This document shows positions 39,236 through 51,954 of a DNA stretch of 64,000 nucleotides, piece after piece. Positions within the stretch are counted from its first letter, which is position 1. Each line of letters begins with the position of its first letter. A program made the position numbers and the translations under genes. Origin of the DNA: Epiperipatus broadwayi (taxonomy: Eukaryota > Animalia > Onychophora); the NCBI GenBank assembly GCA_028023455.1, contig JAQFVV010000006.1, positions 16,120,001 to 16,184,000 of the forward strand, in the 5' to 3' direction. The notes under the pieces are model-generated. The model had not been told where the DNA came from. It worked only from the letters and a program-made list of their open reading frames with translations, and made no database searches.

Positions 39236-39629
39236 CATAACTCATGATCCAGAGATGCTGATGCCTAAGAAATTTTGGTGAATAATTAACCTTTATTACT
39301 AAGCATTTATTTAGAGATTATGATGCCTGCAGTTTATTGGATTACTCTATGCAATCATTTCAGATATTTTTTGATATATTGAAAGCAACCTAAATCAGGA
39401 AACAGCACCTTACTAAATTCATTAATGGCACTCTTTTATGATAACCATAGATGGGAAAATATTTGGATGTTTTCTGAGTAATGATAAAAAAAATTGGGTT
39501 GATGATTATTAATGATTTATACTAATAATTTTAATGACCCATAAATGACCTTTATTGCTGATCAAATACGTAACATTTATAAATATAAATATTTCTTGGC
39601 ACAATTACATACGAATATGCTACTAGGAC

Positions 39630-39738
39630 AATTTTTTCTTCTCATGTGTCATAGCAGCAGCCAGGAAGTGAATCCGCTATCCCGGGACAACTGCTTGTAA
39701 AGCAGTTGTTGCTGACCTCTCAACCACCAAAGCTTGAC
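39630..39738 (-). mobile_element. tRNA-Gly-derived SINE
   Basis: Consensus match. Confidence 0.85.
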
Positions 39739-40745
39739 TACTAGGATAAATTGCAGTCAGATTCTAAAGAACTGGTTTTTAAATAAACTTGCAAATAAGT
39801 TAATGTTTTCACACATTAATACCAACCTATTCTATATGATAAAAGGAGATTACCTACCTTCATCAGAAATTCTATGGTATATTTTAGAAATAAATCAAGC
39901 ACGGATACCCAAAAAACTGAAAATTTATATTAATGATGATTTTGGTCTTTAAACCAATTAGGTCAGCTTACCATTTCAAATGTTAATTTAAATTAAATAC
40001 TAATAGTTTTAATTGCAGATAAATGATTTTTACTGTTGATCAAATATGTAATGTTAATAAATATTTACTTTTTTATAAATCTCTTAACATACACTTTAAT
40101 GCAATTTTAATATAATTCCTCCTTTATTTTTCTAACAGTTTTGACTGCCCTGCAGTCTTCATCAGAGCTACAACATATAATCATATAACTATTATTTTAT
40201 ATAATATAAAAATACATATTTTATATATTTTACATTATTATTCATAAACATATTTTATTTTTAACTCTATATCCTTTTACTTCTCTTATTTCCTAATTAT
40301 TATTTTCTTATTATTTCTTTATTATTTTTACTTCCTTTTTATTTCTATATTTTATTTCTTCTTTTATCCTATCTATCATTCTACATTATTCTTTAATATA
40401 TATCTATCATCTATTTTATTTGTCATTTTAAAACCTATTAATCTAATTTCTTTTCTTCCTTTCTATTATTTATCTAATTTTTTTCTTAATAATTTTTATT
40501 TATTCCTATTCCTATCTTTATTAATTATTCTCATTTTTAATTTATTTATTTTACTCACCTTTTTATAACCTTCTTCCTTTTATATTTATAACTGACTCTT
40601 TTAAAATTCTTTAGCCTCTTTTTTATAAAAGAGGAATTATATAAAAATTGCATTAAAGTTTATATGAGATTTATAAATATATATATACGAAAAAAAAGGC
40701 AAAAAAAAAGTAAATGAGAAGATATAAGTTTATAAATATAAATAC

Positions 40746-40858
40746 TTTTTTTTTTTATATGTCATAGCATCGGCCGGGAGGCGAACCCCCAACCGTCTGC
40801 AACCAACTACTTGCTTGCACGGCGGCTGCGATGACCTCTCGGCTAACAACGCTTGACT
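40746..40858 (-). mobile_element. tRNA-Gly-derived SINE (long subfamily)
   Basis: Consensus match, CpG-rich. Confidence 0.85.
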
Positions 40859-41239
40859 AAATAAAATACTTCATGGAACAATCATGTTCGAATACATTAT
40901 TAGAACAAATTGTAATCAGATTCTAAAGAACTATTTTAAATAAACTTACAAATACATTTACTCTTTCATATATCAATGCCAATATAGTTTGACTGATAAA
41001 AAAATATATCCTCTATCATCTGACCTTCAACCATATATATTGTAAATAAATCAACATTGTTAGCTAAAGAGGATGAAAATTTATATTAGCGGCAATCTTA
41101 GTTTACAAATTAATCAAACCAGCTTACCATTTCAAATTTTAATTTAAATTAAATTCTAATAATTTTAGTCATATGTAAATGATTTTTACTACTGATTAAA
41201 TATGTAATATTTATGAATATAAATAATTCACAGAACAAT

Positions 41240-41600
41240 GCAGATTCTAAAAAACCATTTTTTAAAAATATATACAAGAAACTTTTGTTTCAAGACTGTA
41301 ATTTATAAATATCTGTGCTTACATGCTATACTCAGAAAAGCTTAATATTATAATTAATTCACACTTACCAAAGCTTAACACTTTCGGGGGCAAAGTATGT
41401 TCTCATATGGAGACACACTTCACCCTCGAAAGTGCTAAGTTTCAATAAGCACGAATTTAGCATTTAAGTGCAAATATTTATAAAGAACCATTTGTAAATA
41501 AACTTGCAAATATAAATCCTTTTGTATATCAATGCATTGCCTTGATATACAGAAGGATTTGTAATTGCAAATTTATTTTAAAACATTTTTTAGAATCTGC
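41240..41600. mobile_element. PLE fragment with partial variant HHRs in inverted arrangement
   Basis: AAGCTTAACACTTTCGGGG and CCCTCGAAAGTGCTAAG facing each other. Confidence 0.55.
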
Positions 41601-41749
41601 TTGCGTTTATTCTAGTAACATAAAGTATTTATAAGAAAAGTTGCCGGTCCTGACAAAATATCTGAAAACGTTTTAAAATAAGAGATACATTAGCTTTAGA
41701 AATATTGTAAATTTTTGGAAGTACATGACATCATAAAGTCATGCTACTA

Positions 41750-41861
41750 TTTTTTTCCATACGTCATAGCATTAGCCGGGAGGTGAACCCGCAACAATCT
41801 TCTGCAACCAACTGCTTGCTTGCAAGGCAGTTGCGCTGATCTCTCGGCCAACAACGCTTGA
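41750..41861 (-). mobile_element. tRNA-Gly-derived SINE (long subfamily)
   Basis: 14-bp TSD AAAGTCATGCTACT. Confidence 0.9.
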
Positions 41862-42060
41862 CAAAGTCATGCTACTTGATTTGTGAAAGCTGCTATTAAT
41901 TCAATTTTTTAAAATTAAAAAAAAAACAACAGATTACTGTAGTTATTGAAGAATATTACTCTTATTCATAATAGCAATGAAACTTTTAAAAAATTGCTTA
42001 ATGGTTTATTTCCGTTCATAGAGATAGTCGGAAAAAAAATCAATGTGGTTTTTAAAAAAA

Positions 42061-42165
42061 ATCAAGCATCGGTGGCCTAGCAGTTAGCATAGCTGCCTTC
42101 CAAGAAGCTGGCCTGGGTTCACTTTTCGGTCAATGTTTTGACATATATATGTAAAAGAAAAAAAT
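42061..42165 (+). mobile_element. tRNA-Gly-derived SINE
   Basis: Retains TCC anticodon (GCTGCCTTCCAAG). Confidence 0.8.
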
Positions 42166-42254
42166 CAAGCGCTATAAACATATTTTTTTTATATATTTTA
42201 TTTAAATGCAAAATGTTTATTAACAAAAAAACAAAAATTATATGTATTATATGG

Positions 42255-42630
42255 ATTATGTCCTGTACATGAGGGGTCAGATTGACTTTATGTCAAAACA
42301 TGAGTGTGACGAGAATCTTGGCCTCAGGGTGGCCTTTGAGCGTTCCATCATCAGATTTTCAATTGGATGGACAGTTGAAGAGTTGGAGTGTGGAGTGAAT
42401 TGAAGCCTGTCCATTAAAGTATGAAGATTAGCTATCTTAATATATATCTGAGCACTTATTGCATATATGTGTGGAGATGATAATCTGGACCAACTGATAA
42501 TTGATGGTTTAGCATGAAATATGGATATTGGTGATTATTTATCTTTTCGACATATATGTGTTCAAGTGTATCAGTGTGTGAGATAGAGTGGATAGTGGTT
42601 GAAAATCTGTGCTCATATACCTATATAATA
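42255..42630 (+). mobile_element. Family B monomer, HHR mutated
   Basis: CCAACTGATAA...AGCATGAAATATGGATATTGG. Confidence 0.8.
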
Positions 42631-42929
42631 CATTTTTACAATAATTATTTACATATAAATTTTAAATTACAGATCTTCATACTTATTTATATATTATTTT
42701 ATAATTTTCTTCTTTAATTAAATAATGCTTTTTTGATTATAATAATAATAATGATTATAGATATAGTTTTGTGTTGCCATGCAATAAAAGTAATTTGTCA
42801 AGAACAAAACAATAATTTCAGTTTCCTTTATTGACTAGTCAAATCATTTGATTCAATTAATAGGATAAGTTAATGGCTCTGTTTGAAGTTAACAGGTTGT
42901 CCACCAAAGTTAATTCATAATATTCAATT

Positions 42930-43065
42930 TCTACTTGATGTAATGAGAGAAAGTGTTATTAGTAAAGGTCAAACATCTAACACATTTGAAGTAAAGATAG
43001 GGGTTAAACGTGGGTGTGTGCTTGCTATTTTCAATTTTTATGATTGTAGCCTTTGAAACTCTTTA
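42930..43065 (+). mobile_element. LINE reverse transcriptase fragment
   Basis: SKGQTSNTFEVKIGVKRGCVLAIFNF (cf. GVRQGCVLSP..FN). Confidence 0.6.
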
Positions 43066-43981
43066 TAAACAGCTTAATGAATAAGAGATCAATTTTTTTG
43101 GACCCCCTCCCACCAAAAAAAATATTTAATTTATTTAAAATATTGTATTTATAATAATTTATTTCTATAAATACTTATTATTAAGCAGCTGTGTTTTTAG
43201 TTATTGTGCAGAAAACTATATTACGACTGCCCCCCCCCCCAATCATATATAAATAATGGGGCTGATTTTCAAAACTTATGGGTTATACCCCTTGAGTTAC
43301 CACAATTTGCTTCTAAAGAAAAATAGACTCATATCTGGCCCTTTTATCTTCCCATAATAAAATTATGTATTAGTAGAAAAATGTTTAGTACAGATTTGAG
43401 AGCATTGTGTCTTTGGCATTACCAGAGTGGAAAATGTTTTTGTCCAAGATACATCACTTGTTAGGTATATCTAAAATCAGCAAATGTAAAATGTACCATA
43501 TGAGCCTATGGACTTCTAGTGATGATGCTTATGCATAAATAATATATTTGTATACCCTTCTTATTTGAAAAAGCTCTAGCAAGAACTTTTTCCAAATTTT
43601 AACATTTTATTTATACAATTAAAATGTTTCTTCTGTATCATATATTGATAATCTTTACATTATTTATTACAAATGTAAGCTTTCAAATAGTAGATATTTT
43701 ATAAATTAATACTTGAATTTTATAAAATCAAAAAATAAAATACTAAACAGAGTTCATAACTATGACAATGGGGAAATATTACCAAAATCCCTTTTCCTTT
43801 ATTTTTGCTATAGTATTTTACATAAATCCAATTTATCCAAATCACTTCAAACAATGGTGCTTAGTATTATGGGATGTAATTTTATCTTTTCAAAAAGTTA
43901 ATAGAATGAAATATTAGGCATTTGAATTCCATGTTTTAAATTCAATTGGTAAAAAAAGTATATGTTAAAATTAAGCATTAA

Positions 43982-44702
43982 CCGCCTTTTTGCTAGTTAT
44001 GGCTAAAAATGTGACCGCTTCCTGTCGTTCAAGTCCCGTTATTTTTAACATTATGGTAAAAATTTTGCCATCATTTGAAAGGTTATAAAAAGTTCCGTAA
44101 AATGCTGCACTCTTTTGAATTATTTTACAAGTAAAAAATCAATAAAACTGATGTTTTACATCTAACAAAAAAATAAGGTGTTCTTTTCTTGAATCTGATT
44201 GGCTGCTTAAATTTTGACAACAAAAAAAATGGTTGTCAATAACAATTTCTTTTCTTTCATTTCCAAAATGATAAACGAATGTTTTAGACCATTTTAAAAA
44301 TATTTTTTGACAAATTATAAATTATTTTGATAAAATATGCTAAAAATAAAATTATTTTAAAAAAATAGTTAAGACTTTAACAAAAATTATTTACTTTTCC
44401 GCAACGTAAAATCAGGAAAGAAATCACTGACGTCACCAAAACTTTTTGGTTGGTGAGTAACATTCATTTTAGATTTTCCGCTGTTGAATATTTTTATAAT
44501 TATAAATAAAAATTTATTTTTGAAAAAACTTTCGTTCACTTTCATAACCTGACAAATTATTAATATACTTTTTACAAATGAAACTAAAGTGAATATAATA
44601 TTAAAAGATGAATATATTTTGATGCTTGAGTTTGTGAATTAACCAATTAAAAGTTTAGACTTTTACCTCACTCAGCCAATAAAATAATCAGCAAAAAAGA
44701 GG
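43982..44702. mobile_element. piggyBac-like MITE (~720 bp)
   Basis: Flanked by TTAA at 43978 and 44703, begins CC and ends GG; homologous to 45256-45970 (inverted) and 62030-62570. Confidence 0.55.
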
Positions 44703-44779
44703 TTAAAGTTATTATTTTTTTAAAAATTAATTTAACTATATTGATTCATTACCTATATATATATGCATGCAATCTTAAT

Positions 44780-44822
44780 GCTATGGGTATGAGAACATAT
44801 ATCACCCTCAAAAGTGCTAAGC
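44780..44822 (+). ncRNA. Variant-core hammerhead, decayed
   Basis: GCT-ATGGGTA-T-GAG...CTC-AAAA-GTGC-TA-AGC. Confidence 0.5.
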
Positions 44823-45255
44823 TTCAGTAAATATGCATGTGTTCATAGCTTTTCTTAGGATAATGCTTAAGTATTTTACAAAAATATTGCATAAATAACC
44901 TTTAATATGTAAACAAATTACTAAAAATTATAATTTTCTTTTCAAATGAAATTTTCACCTATTTGCCCTCATGATAGACAATCCTTCAATCAGAAATTAT
45001 TATTTTTATTGAAATCAAAATGGAGCAGGACTGACTTCTTTGATGTGCAAATTACATATTGTAATTTCTTAATGCTGACATCTTCAGATTTTTTCAGCTA
45101 ATAATTTTAAAATAACTTCCATAATAAAATAACACTGTGCATAATAATCTAAGATTATAGACATCTCAAAATAATGAAGGAAAGATATAGTGATCACAGC
45201 CCTATTGTAACATTCAAAACCTGCCAACGGAAGCATTTTTGTAGCTGTTGATTAA

Positions 45256-45970
45256 CCTTTAAACTGGTAGAAATTCCTATTGTCTGAGTAAATTAAAATT
45301 CTAAACTTCTGATTGGTCAATTACAGAATTAGCAGTAAAAATCAATTTATCTTTTAATATTATATTCATTTTAGTTTTGTTTGTAAAAAGCTGATTAATA
45401 ATTTGTCAGATTATTAAAGCAAATGAAAGTTTTTTCAAAAATAAATTTCTAATTGATAAATATAATCTATAATGCAAAACATAAAACAAACATTTCATAA
45501 CCTATTAAAAAGTTTACAGCCCATATCATTAATTTCTTTATCAATTTACCTTGTGTAAAAGTAAATAATTTTTACTAAAATCTTAACTTTTCTTCTAAAA
45601 TAATTATATTTTTAATATATTTTATGAAAATAATTTATAATATCTAAAAAAATACTCTAAAACATTCATTTTCATTTTGAAAATCAAAACAAAGAACTTA
45701 GACCTGTCAAAATTGTTGACAAGCTATTTTTTGTTGAAAATGAGAAACAACCAATCAGCACCTCGGAAAGCCCACCTTCTCTCATTGTTATAGCTTTAAA
45801 TTTAAACATTATTGGTTTTTACTTGTAAAATAATTCTAGAAATGGCAGCATCATACATTACATTTTCCTCTTTAAAATGACCATAAATTCGCTACGATAA
45901 CGTAAAAATTAGCAATTTTAGAATGATCTAAAGCTCAGAATGAAAATTTTCATTGCATTCTGCAGGAAGG
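45256..45970. mobile_element. piggyBac-like MITE, inverted relative to 43982-44702
   Basis: TTAA at 45252 and 45971; internal homology in reverse. Confidence 0.55.
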
Positions 45971-46739
45971 TTAATAACACACAGGGCACAGTTTATACAT
46001 TATTTTTTCAGAAACAAACATATTTTTAGTATTCCAGTTTAGTCACCAACTATAAGCTTGACTAAGTCCAAAAAATTCAGATCTTAAATCCATGGTTGAG
46101 AGACAGCACTATTAACAAAAATCAAATCCAATTATCTTTACTGTCAGATTGGGGGAGGGGTGTTTGGATCTTCACAAGAAGTCCACTTGTTTTGCCAGAC
46201 TATTTCAATTCATGGGTTTTATTCATTTTTGAATATGAATAAATAATATATATATATATACATTCTATTGTTGGCAACTTCTGATCATTATCAGTGATAG
46301 TTTTTCATTGCATACCACCTCTCCCTATAATTTATTCTACAACAATAAGCAGTTTTATACACTAGTGCCATCTATAATAAACTTGAATAATTAGTTATTT
46401 CCAGGTGATAGTAAGTACATCTATATTCCCAGACTTCTTTTTGACTTTTGTCTTTATTAATGCTTTATTAATGAATCTTGAGAAATAATACATTTATACA
46501 TCTTGCAATAATCTACAACTCCACTGGGTTTAAACCTTAGGTAATTTAGGTTTTTAGCTTGACTAATCAGAGGTTGTATATTGAGCTTAAAAGTATATAT
46601 TTCTTTATATATTGAGGAGTTAACTTCATGTGCCAACCCCCCCCCCAATTTGGAGGACCAGAGTTTTATATTAAAATTGGTTTCTCCTAAATAATTTTCT
46701 TTTACTACAACCAAAACGCCTCATATAACACACTTATTA

Positions 46740-47760
46740 AATCCATAGTTAGTATTTTACTTCCAATCTACCCATCAATATAATAAATTGATTAAGGCCT
46801 TACCCAAACCACTATCTAGGGATGTGCTTTCTATGGTGCAGATTTTTCTAAATAAATTCTTAAAATATGGAAATCTGAAAAAATAAAATTCATTTTAGTA
46901 ATAAAACACCTTATGCATTATGCTATGTTGATGACCAAATAGTTTTGGTTCGAAATCATGATGATTTGAGTTATATGGTTAAAAAAATTAATAAATGAAT
47001 ATAGAAATTGGAACATGATAATAAATATTTTAAAAAGTATGTGTATTGAAAAAAAACAGTAATAATATTAGAAAATAGATTGAAAAGTGTGTGAAATGTA
47101 AGTATATAGGCATAAAGACGATACAAAGGAGAACAATAAATGAAGCTTTAAGAGAAAGAAATGGACCATATAGAAAACCTATAAAAATATTCAATAGGAT
47201 ATTGAGGAATCAAAATATATCAAAAGTCAATAAATGGTGAAAAGTATTATTACAAAATAGAGTAATGTTTGTCAGTTGAGGGAAAGAATTCAAAGGAAAA
47301 TGATGCTGTAAAATTGACTTTGGTAAAGATCTTTTGAAAGGTCAAAAAGAAATTGCATAAGCAATTAAAAAAGGGGGAAATAATGGAATTAAACATATTA
47401 TAGTAAATGACATTAGAACAAGTTAATTTGGATACTATTTACATATACAAAAATGTCTCAGGAATGAATAAGCAATTAAAAAAAGGGGAATAATGGAATT
47501 AAACACATTATAGTAAATGACATCAGAACAAGTTAATTGGGATACTATTGACATATACAAAAAATGTCTCAGGAAAGATTACCAAAACAGATATTAAAAT
47601 AGATATCAACAAAAAAAAATAATTCAAAAAGGAGTTGAAAAGAGAAATTAGAGACAGATATTTAAAAAAAAGATGTATGGTGATTGGAAGTTGGAAAAGA
47701 ATTTTGAATAGCAATATGGAATTGGTTGTTAGATACATAATTCATTACTTCCAACTTTGA
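46740..47760 (+). mobile_element. RTE-like LINE remnant (RT to 3' end)
   Basis: YVDDQIVLVRNHDDLSYMVKK; RLPKQIL; internal ~110-bp tandem duplication near 47350-47580. Confidence 0.65.
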
Positions 47761-47914
47761 TTCCCAATCCATACTGATAAAGTCAAAAGCTAGAAACCAA
47801 ATATAGGGATGGGTCTATCAAACCTTTCTACTCAAATTTACTCTCTATGACATTAGATAGCTGCTTTATTTACATTTTATTCTAAAATCCTAATATTTAA
47901 AGTTACAACAGAAC

Positions 47915-48585
47915 TTTAAGGGGATTTGAACTCAGACTTTCACATGAACCTCAACTATCCACACTATCTCATACTGCTGTCACCCTTGATCATGCACATG
48001 TCAAAAAGAGAAATAATCATTAATAGATGTATTTTGTGCTAAGCCAGCACTCATCAGTTGGTCCAGATTATCATCTCCACACATATATACAATCAATGCT
48101 CAGCCCACAACTTTTCAGCTGTCCATTTCATTGTAAATCTGATGATGGAACAGTCAAAGGCCACATCAGTGCCAACCTTTTCATCCTATCCATGTTGACC
48201 ATAAGTCACTCTGACTCTTCACAGATTATGTCCTGTACATGAGTGGTCACTTATGGTCAACATAAGTAGGATGAGAAAGTTGGCACCAATGTAGGCTTTG
48301 AGTATTCCATCATCAGATTTTCAATGAAATGGATGGCTGAAAAGTTGTGGGGTTGAGTGGATTGAAGCCTGTCCATTAAAATATGAAGATTGGCTATCTT
48401 AATATAAGCTGAGCATTTAATGATAATCTGGACCAACTGACGAGTGCTGGTTTAGTACGAAATATGTATATTGGTGATTATTTATCTTTTCGACATGTGT
48501 GTGTGATCAAGTGTGTCAGCAGTATGAGATAGCGTAGATAGTTGAGAGTCGTGTGAAAGTCTGAGTTCAAACCCCTATATATTAC
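47915..48585. mobile_element. Family B inverted dimer
   Basis: ~330-bp inverted arms, HHR in each, B-box-like GAGTTCAAA(T/C)CC at both outer ends. Confidence 0.85.
48432..48475 (+). ncRNA. Minimal type I hammerhead (family B), intact core
   Basis: ACCAA-CTGACGA-GTGCT(GGTTT)AGTAC-GAAA-TATGTA-TA^TTGGT. Confidence 0.85.
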
Positions 48586-49477
48586 ATATTGAAGTGCATG
48601 TATGAAAAATCCTGTACTATAGAGAAAAAATTCATATAAAAAACTTTAATTAAATCTTTATATCAATATATTTCATATTTTAAAAAATCTGTATTTTTTA
48701 CTATTTAATGAACAATATATTTTATACCAACGGAAATAAAATCCTGCTTCTAAATTGCAGTGTCTGTTTTCCAGATCATTCTTTAAGCGTCAGTTATAAT
48801 TTGTTTGAACTTTCCGCCCCACCCTCCCTTGCAGTCAAAGCCTTAGGCTCAAGTTATTTGTAGATTTAATACGATGATTAAACGAGTTTACTCTTCAAAA
48901 TAAATATGTCAAACTAACTTTTATAAACCTTTAACCTTCTCTCCAGAATACCAGTAATGACAAGGTAATAAAATTAGTTTGGCTTTGATAATAAATATTA
49001 TATCATAAGTTAATAAATTGTTAATTTGGATTTTAGATAATAGTTTTAGAATCTATTTATTTAAATTCTAGTAGAAGGAAATAGGCGAAACTTTGTAAGG
49101 ACTTGCTACGCAGTTATTTTAGATTTAAAAAAATAATTCTTACATTAATATAATTTGAAAATAATATACCTTTTTATTTTTTGATAAGTATAATTTTAAT
49201 AATTGAGTTTAGAAGACTTAATTAAAATATCAGCACCTTAGAACAGGTTGTGAGAATAAATGTGGTGTCGTCATTAGTTATCTACATGCCAAAAAAAAAA
49301 AAAAGAGTTTACTAACATTCTCAATCTATAATCTCTATATATGAAGTCGACAATATCACGACTTTATTACGTGATTATTAATAAATCTTCCAGAGCAGTT
49401 CTTTTTACTCTATTTTAGAGTCATCTACAGTAACTTGGGTAAAGGAAGGGCCTATAGATGGTACAAATCACAGAAGC

Positions 49478-50055
49478 AAAACTCTCCATACAGTAGCACC
49501 ACTCGTGCAAGTTAGAGTAATTAATGAATGCAGAAAGGTTTGTGCAAAAAATCCCTATCTAGTGCCTACTCATCCAATATCCCCATACTAGTTTCTAGCT
49601 TTGACTTTCAACAGTGAAGAGCCCTAAGATCTGAGAGTACTGCACCTAGATCTTAGGATCTAATGCAACTCTCCAGCAGCCACCTTTTATCAATTCTGCC
49701 TGATAGCATTATTGGTGACTGTGGTTATTAAAGAACCAAAGATACCAAAAAGTATGGATGCTGAACTGAGTTCAGATCTATATGAATATACAAGTTAATG
49801 AGGTCAGCTTAAAAACATTATTGTTGGACTCAAAGTTGCCTTAGAATCCAAGATCTAGGTACAATGCTCTCAGATCCAAAGTTCCTTACTAATGAAAGCC
49901 ACAAGCTAAAAACTAAACTGGGAATAGGGATTTTATGCACAAACCTTTCAGCAAACATTGATTACTTTGGCTTGCATTGAATGGTGCTACTGTATGGAGA
50001 GTTTTGTCTTTGTGAAAACAGCTTGTGTATGCATAAAGAATAGTGATCATGTGAT
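49478..50055. mobile_element. Family A inverted dimer
   Basis: Consensus match; HHRs mutated. Confidence 0.8.
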
Positions 50056-50174
50056 GGTACAAATCTCAGATTTCAAAAATATAGAGAAACTAATCTGTTT
50101 CAAATCCTTAGGGTTTTTTTTAAATCAAGCTATTAGCTTGAACAATATAAAGAAATACAAAAGGTAGTAATAAT

Positions 50175-50330
50175 GTGGCCAGCTAGATGCATAAGTATAT
50201 TAATTCCAGTTTTAAATCCTGGTCCTCACTGACAAAAGGAAAACCAGAAATCTGTCTGGGAATGAAAATATTATAAAACTTTACAATCTGTGTATATTGA
50301 TTATTCAAGCTTACCCTAGATGGTTTGGAG
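50175..50330 (+). mobile_element. Short HHR element related to 1205-1408
   Basis: TCCTCA-CTGACAA-AAGGAAAACCA-GAAA-TCTG-TC-TGGGA (50223-50262). Confidence 0.5.
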
Positions 50331-50439
50331 TAAATACATAAATGTGAGTTTGAACTTATTTCATAAAGATAACATCATATTACAATTTGTAATTTTTATT
50401 TTTTTAAGCAAGACATATGCACTACAAAAACATAAACCT

Positions 50440-50705
50440 GAAAGCTGTTAAAACAGTCAAAACTGTGCATACATTAGTGCCATTCAGTGCAATCTAGAGT
50501 AATAAATGAATGCAAGAAGATTTGTGCATAAAATCTCTATCTAGTGCCTATTCATCCAATATTCCCAGACCAATTTCTAGTTTGTGGCTTTCATCAGTGA
50601 GAAGCCTTGAATTCGGCTTGCACTGAATGGCACTACTTATGGAAAGTTTGCCTGTTTTAACAGCTTGAGCAAGCATAAGGAATGGTGATCATGTGATGTT
50701 TAGTG
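50440..50705. mobile_element. Family A inverted dimer
   Basis: Consensus match; minus-strand HHR ~50560-50605. Confidence 0.8.
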
Positions 50706-51398
50706 GTTCAAACCTGAAAGGTTTGAGCTCTAGGTAAGAATGCAAATACCCATTTACTGACTACTCATTGAATGATAGTTGAGTTACTCATTGAGTGATA
50801 GCCTATAGGAGATCTGTCTGAAAGAAAATCCTGCCTGTTTGTCCTCTAAACAAATTACAAATTTCACCCAGTCTACATTTGAACATTGTGCCATAATAAT
50901 TTTAAATAGTCATAATTAAATCAAACAACTATTTTTTTTCTTACCTATATTGCTTTTACTTTCCAAAGACATTCAATATGTTTTTTGCAAGTTTTCTTCC
51001 TCTGAGTATGTATGTCATATCTTGATTCAATTCCAGTTAATGAAAAAAAAAACTTCTAGTTGATTGGTTTATAGATAATTATCTATACTTAGCTAGAGAA
51101 TAAAGTTCATGAATTAATCTGGATTTATCCATTAAATATAGATGTACTGATCATAAAACTAAAATATGATCTATACAATTTTAATGCACAAATCAGCGCA
51201 TAACAGCAGAGCTTCTTCAAATTAAATCACAATTTATTATAAACTTAATATAAATTATAATACATAATAAATAATGCCCGAGCACTTTAAAGAGAACTTA
51301 GCTCTCATAATCATGGGTAACAAAAAGTAAGCATAACAAGGTTGCTATGTGTAAATATATGCAGATATATGTAAATTAATTGAACTATATGCGTAAAT

Positions 51399-51670
51399 CT
51401 AATTAACCCATTTCTTAGAAATTTTATAACACGTATCTTTCCTATTCATAGCCTTATCATCCATGGCAATAAAACATGCCTCCTTCACCTTTCTCTTAAC
51501 ATCATTTCTTTCCCTACAAACTATTTTGGATTTTCAGGTTCACATGAATGACCAGTTAATTTCTGATGCATTGCGAATATTGAGGTGTAAGCTGGGTCTG
51601 CTTGGGCCTTTCTGTAAGAATATCTGTGCTGGGACAATCTTGTTGAGAGAGTTGCTTTCATTTCTCCATA
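51399..51670 (-). pseudogene. PLE GIY-YIG endonuclease C-terminus
   Basis: YGEMKATLSTRLSQHRYSY...MHQKLTGHSCEP / IVCRERNDVKRKVKEACFIAMDDKAMNRKDTCYKISKKWVN*. Confidence 0.9.
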
Positions 51671-51745
51671 GCATATAGTTCAATTAATTTACATATATCT
51701 GCATATATTTACACATAGCAACCTTGTTATGCTTACTCTTTGTTA

Positions 51746-51786
51746 CCCATGATTATGAGAGCTAAGTTCTCTTGAAAGCGCTCGGG
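51746..51786 (+). ncRNA. Variant-core hammerhead, core intact
   Basis: CCC-ATGATTA-T-GAGAG(CTAAGTT)CTCTT-GAAA-GCGC-TC^GGG. Confidence 0.8.
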
Positions 51787-51954
51787 CATTATTTATTATG
51801 TATTATAATTTATATTAAGTTTATAATAAATTGTGATTTAATTTGAAGAAGCTCTGCTGTTATGCGCTGATTTGTGCATTAAAATTGTATATATATAGTA
51901 GGCAGCTGAGTGTGAAATAATTTCTTTTTAAAATATGATCATTTATATCAGTAT

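Larger units (their letters stand above)
51172..51891 (-). mobile_element. 5'-truncated PLE with inverted 3'-UTR copy
   Basis: ~220-bp inverted arms flanking an EN C-terminus; variant HHR in both arms. Confidence 0.9.

Noticed and set aside
44180-44460. Host promoter and first exon (CCAAT, CRE, GTGAGT donor)
   Set aside because: Lies inside a repeated MITE with two other copies in the window; no downstream exon linked
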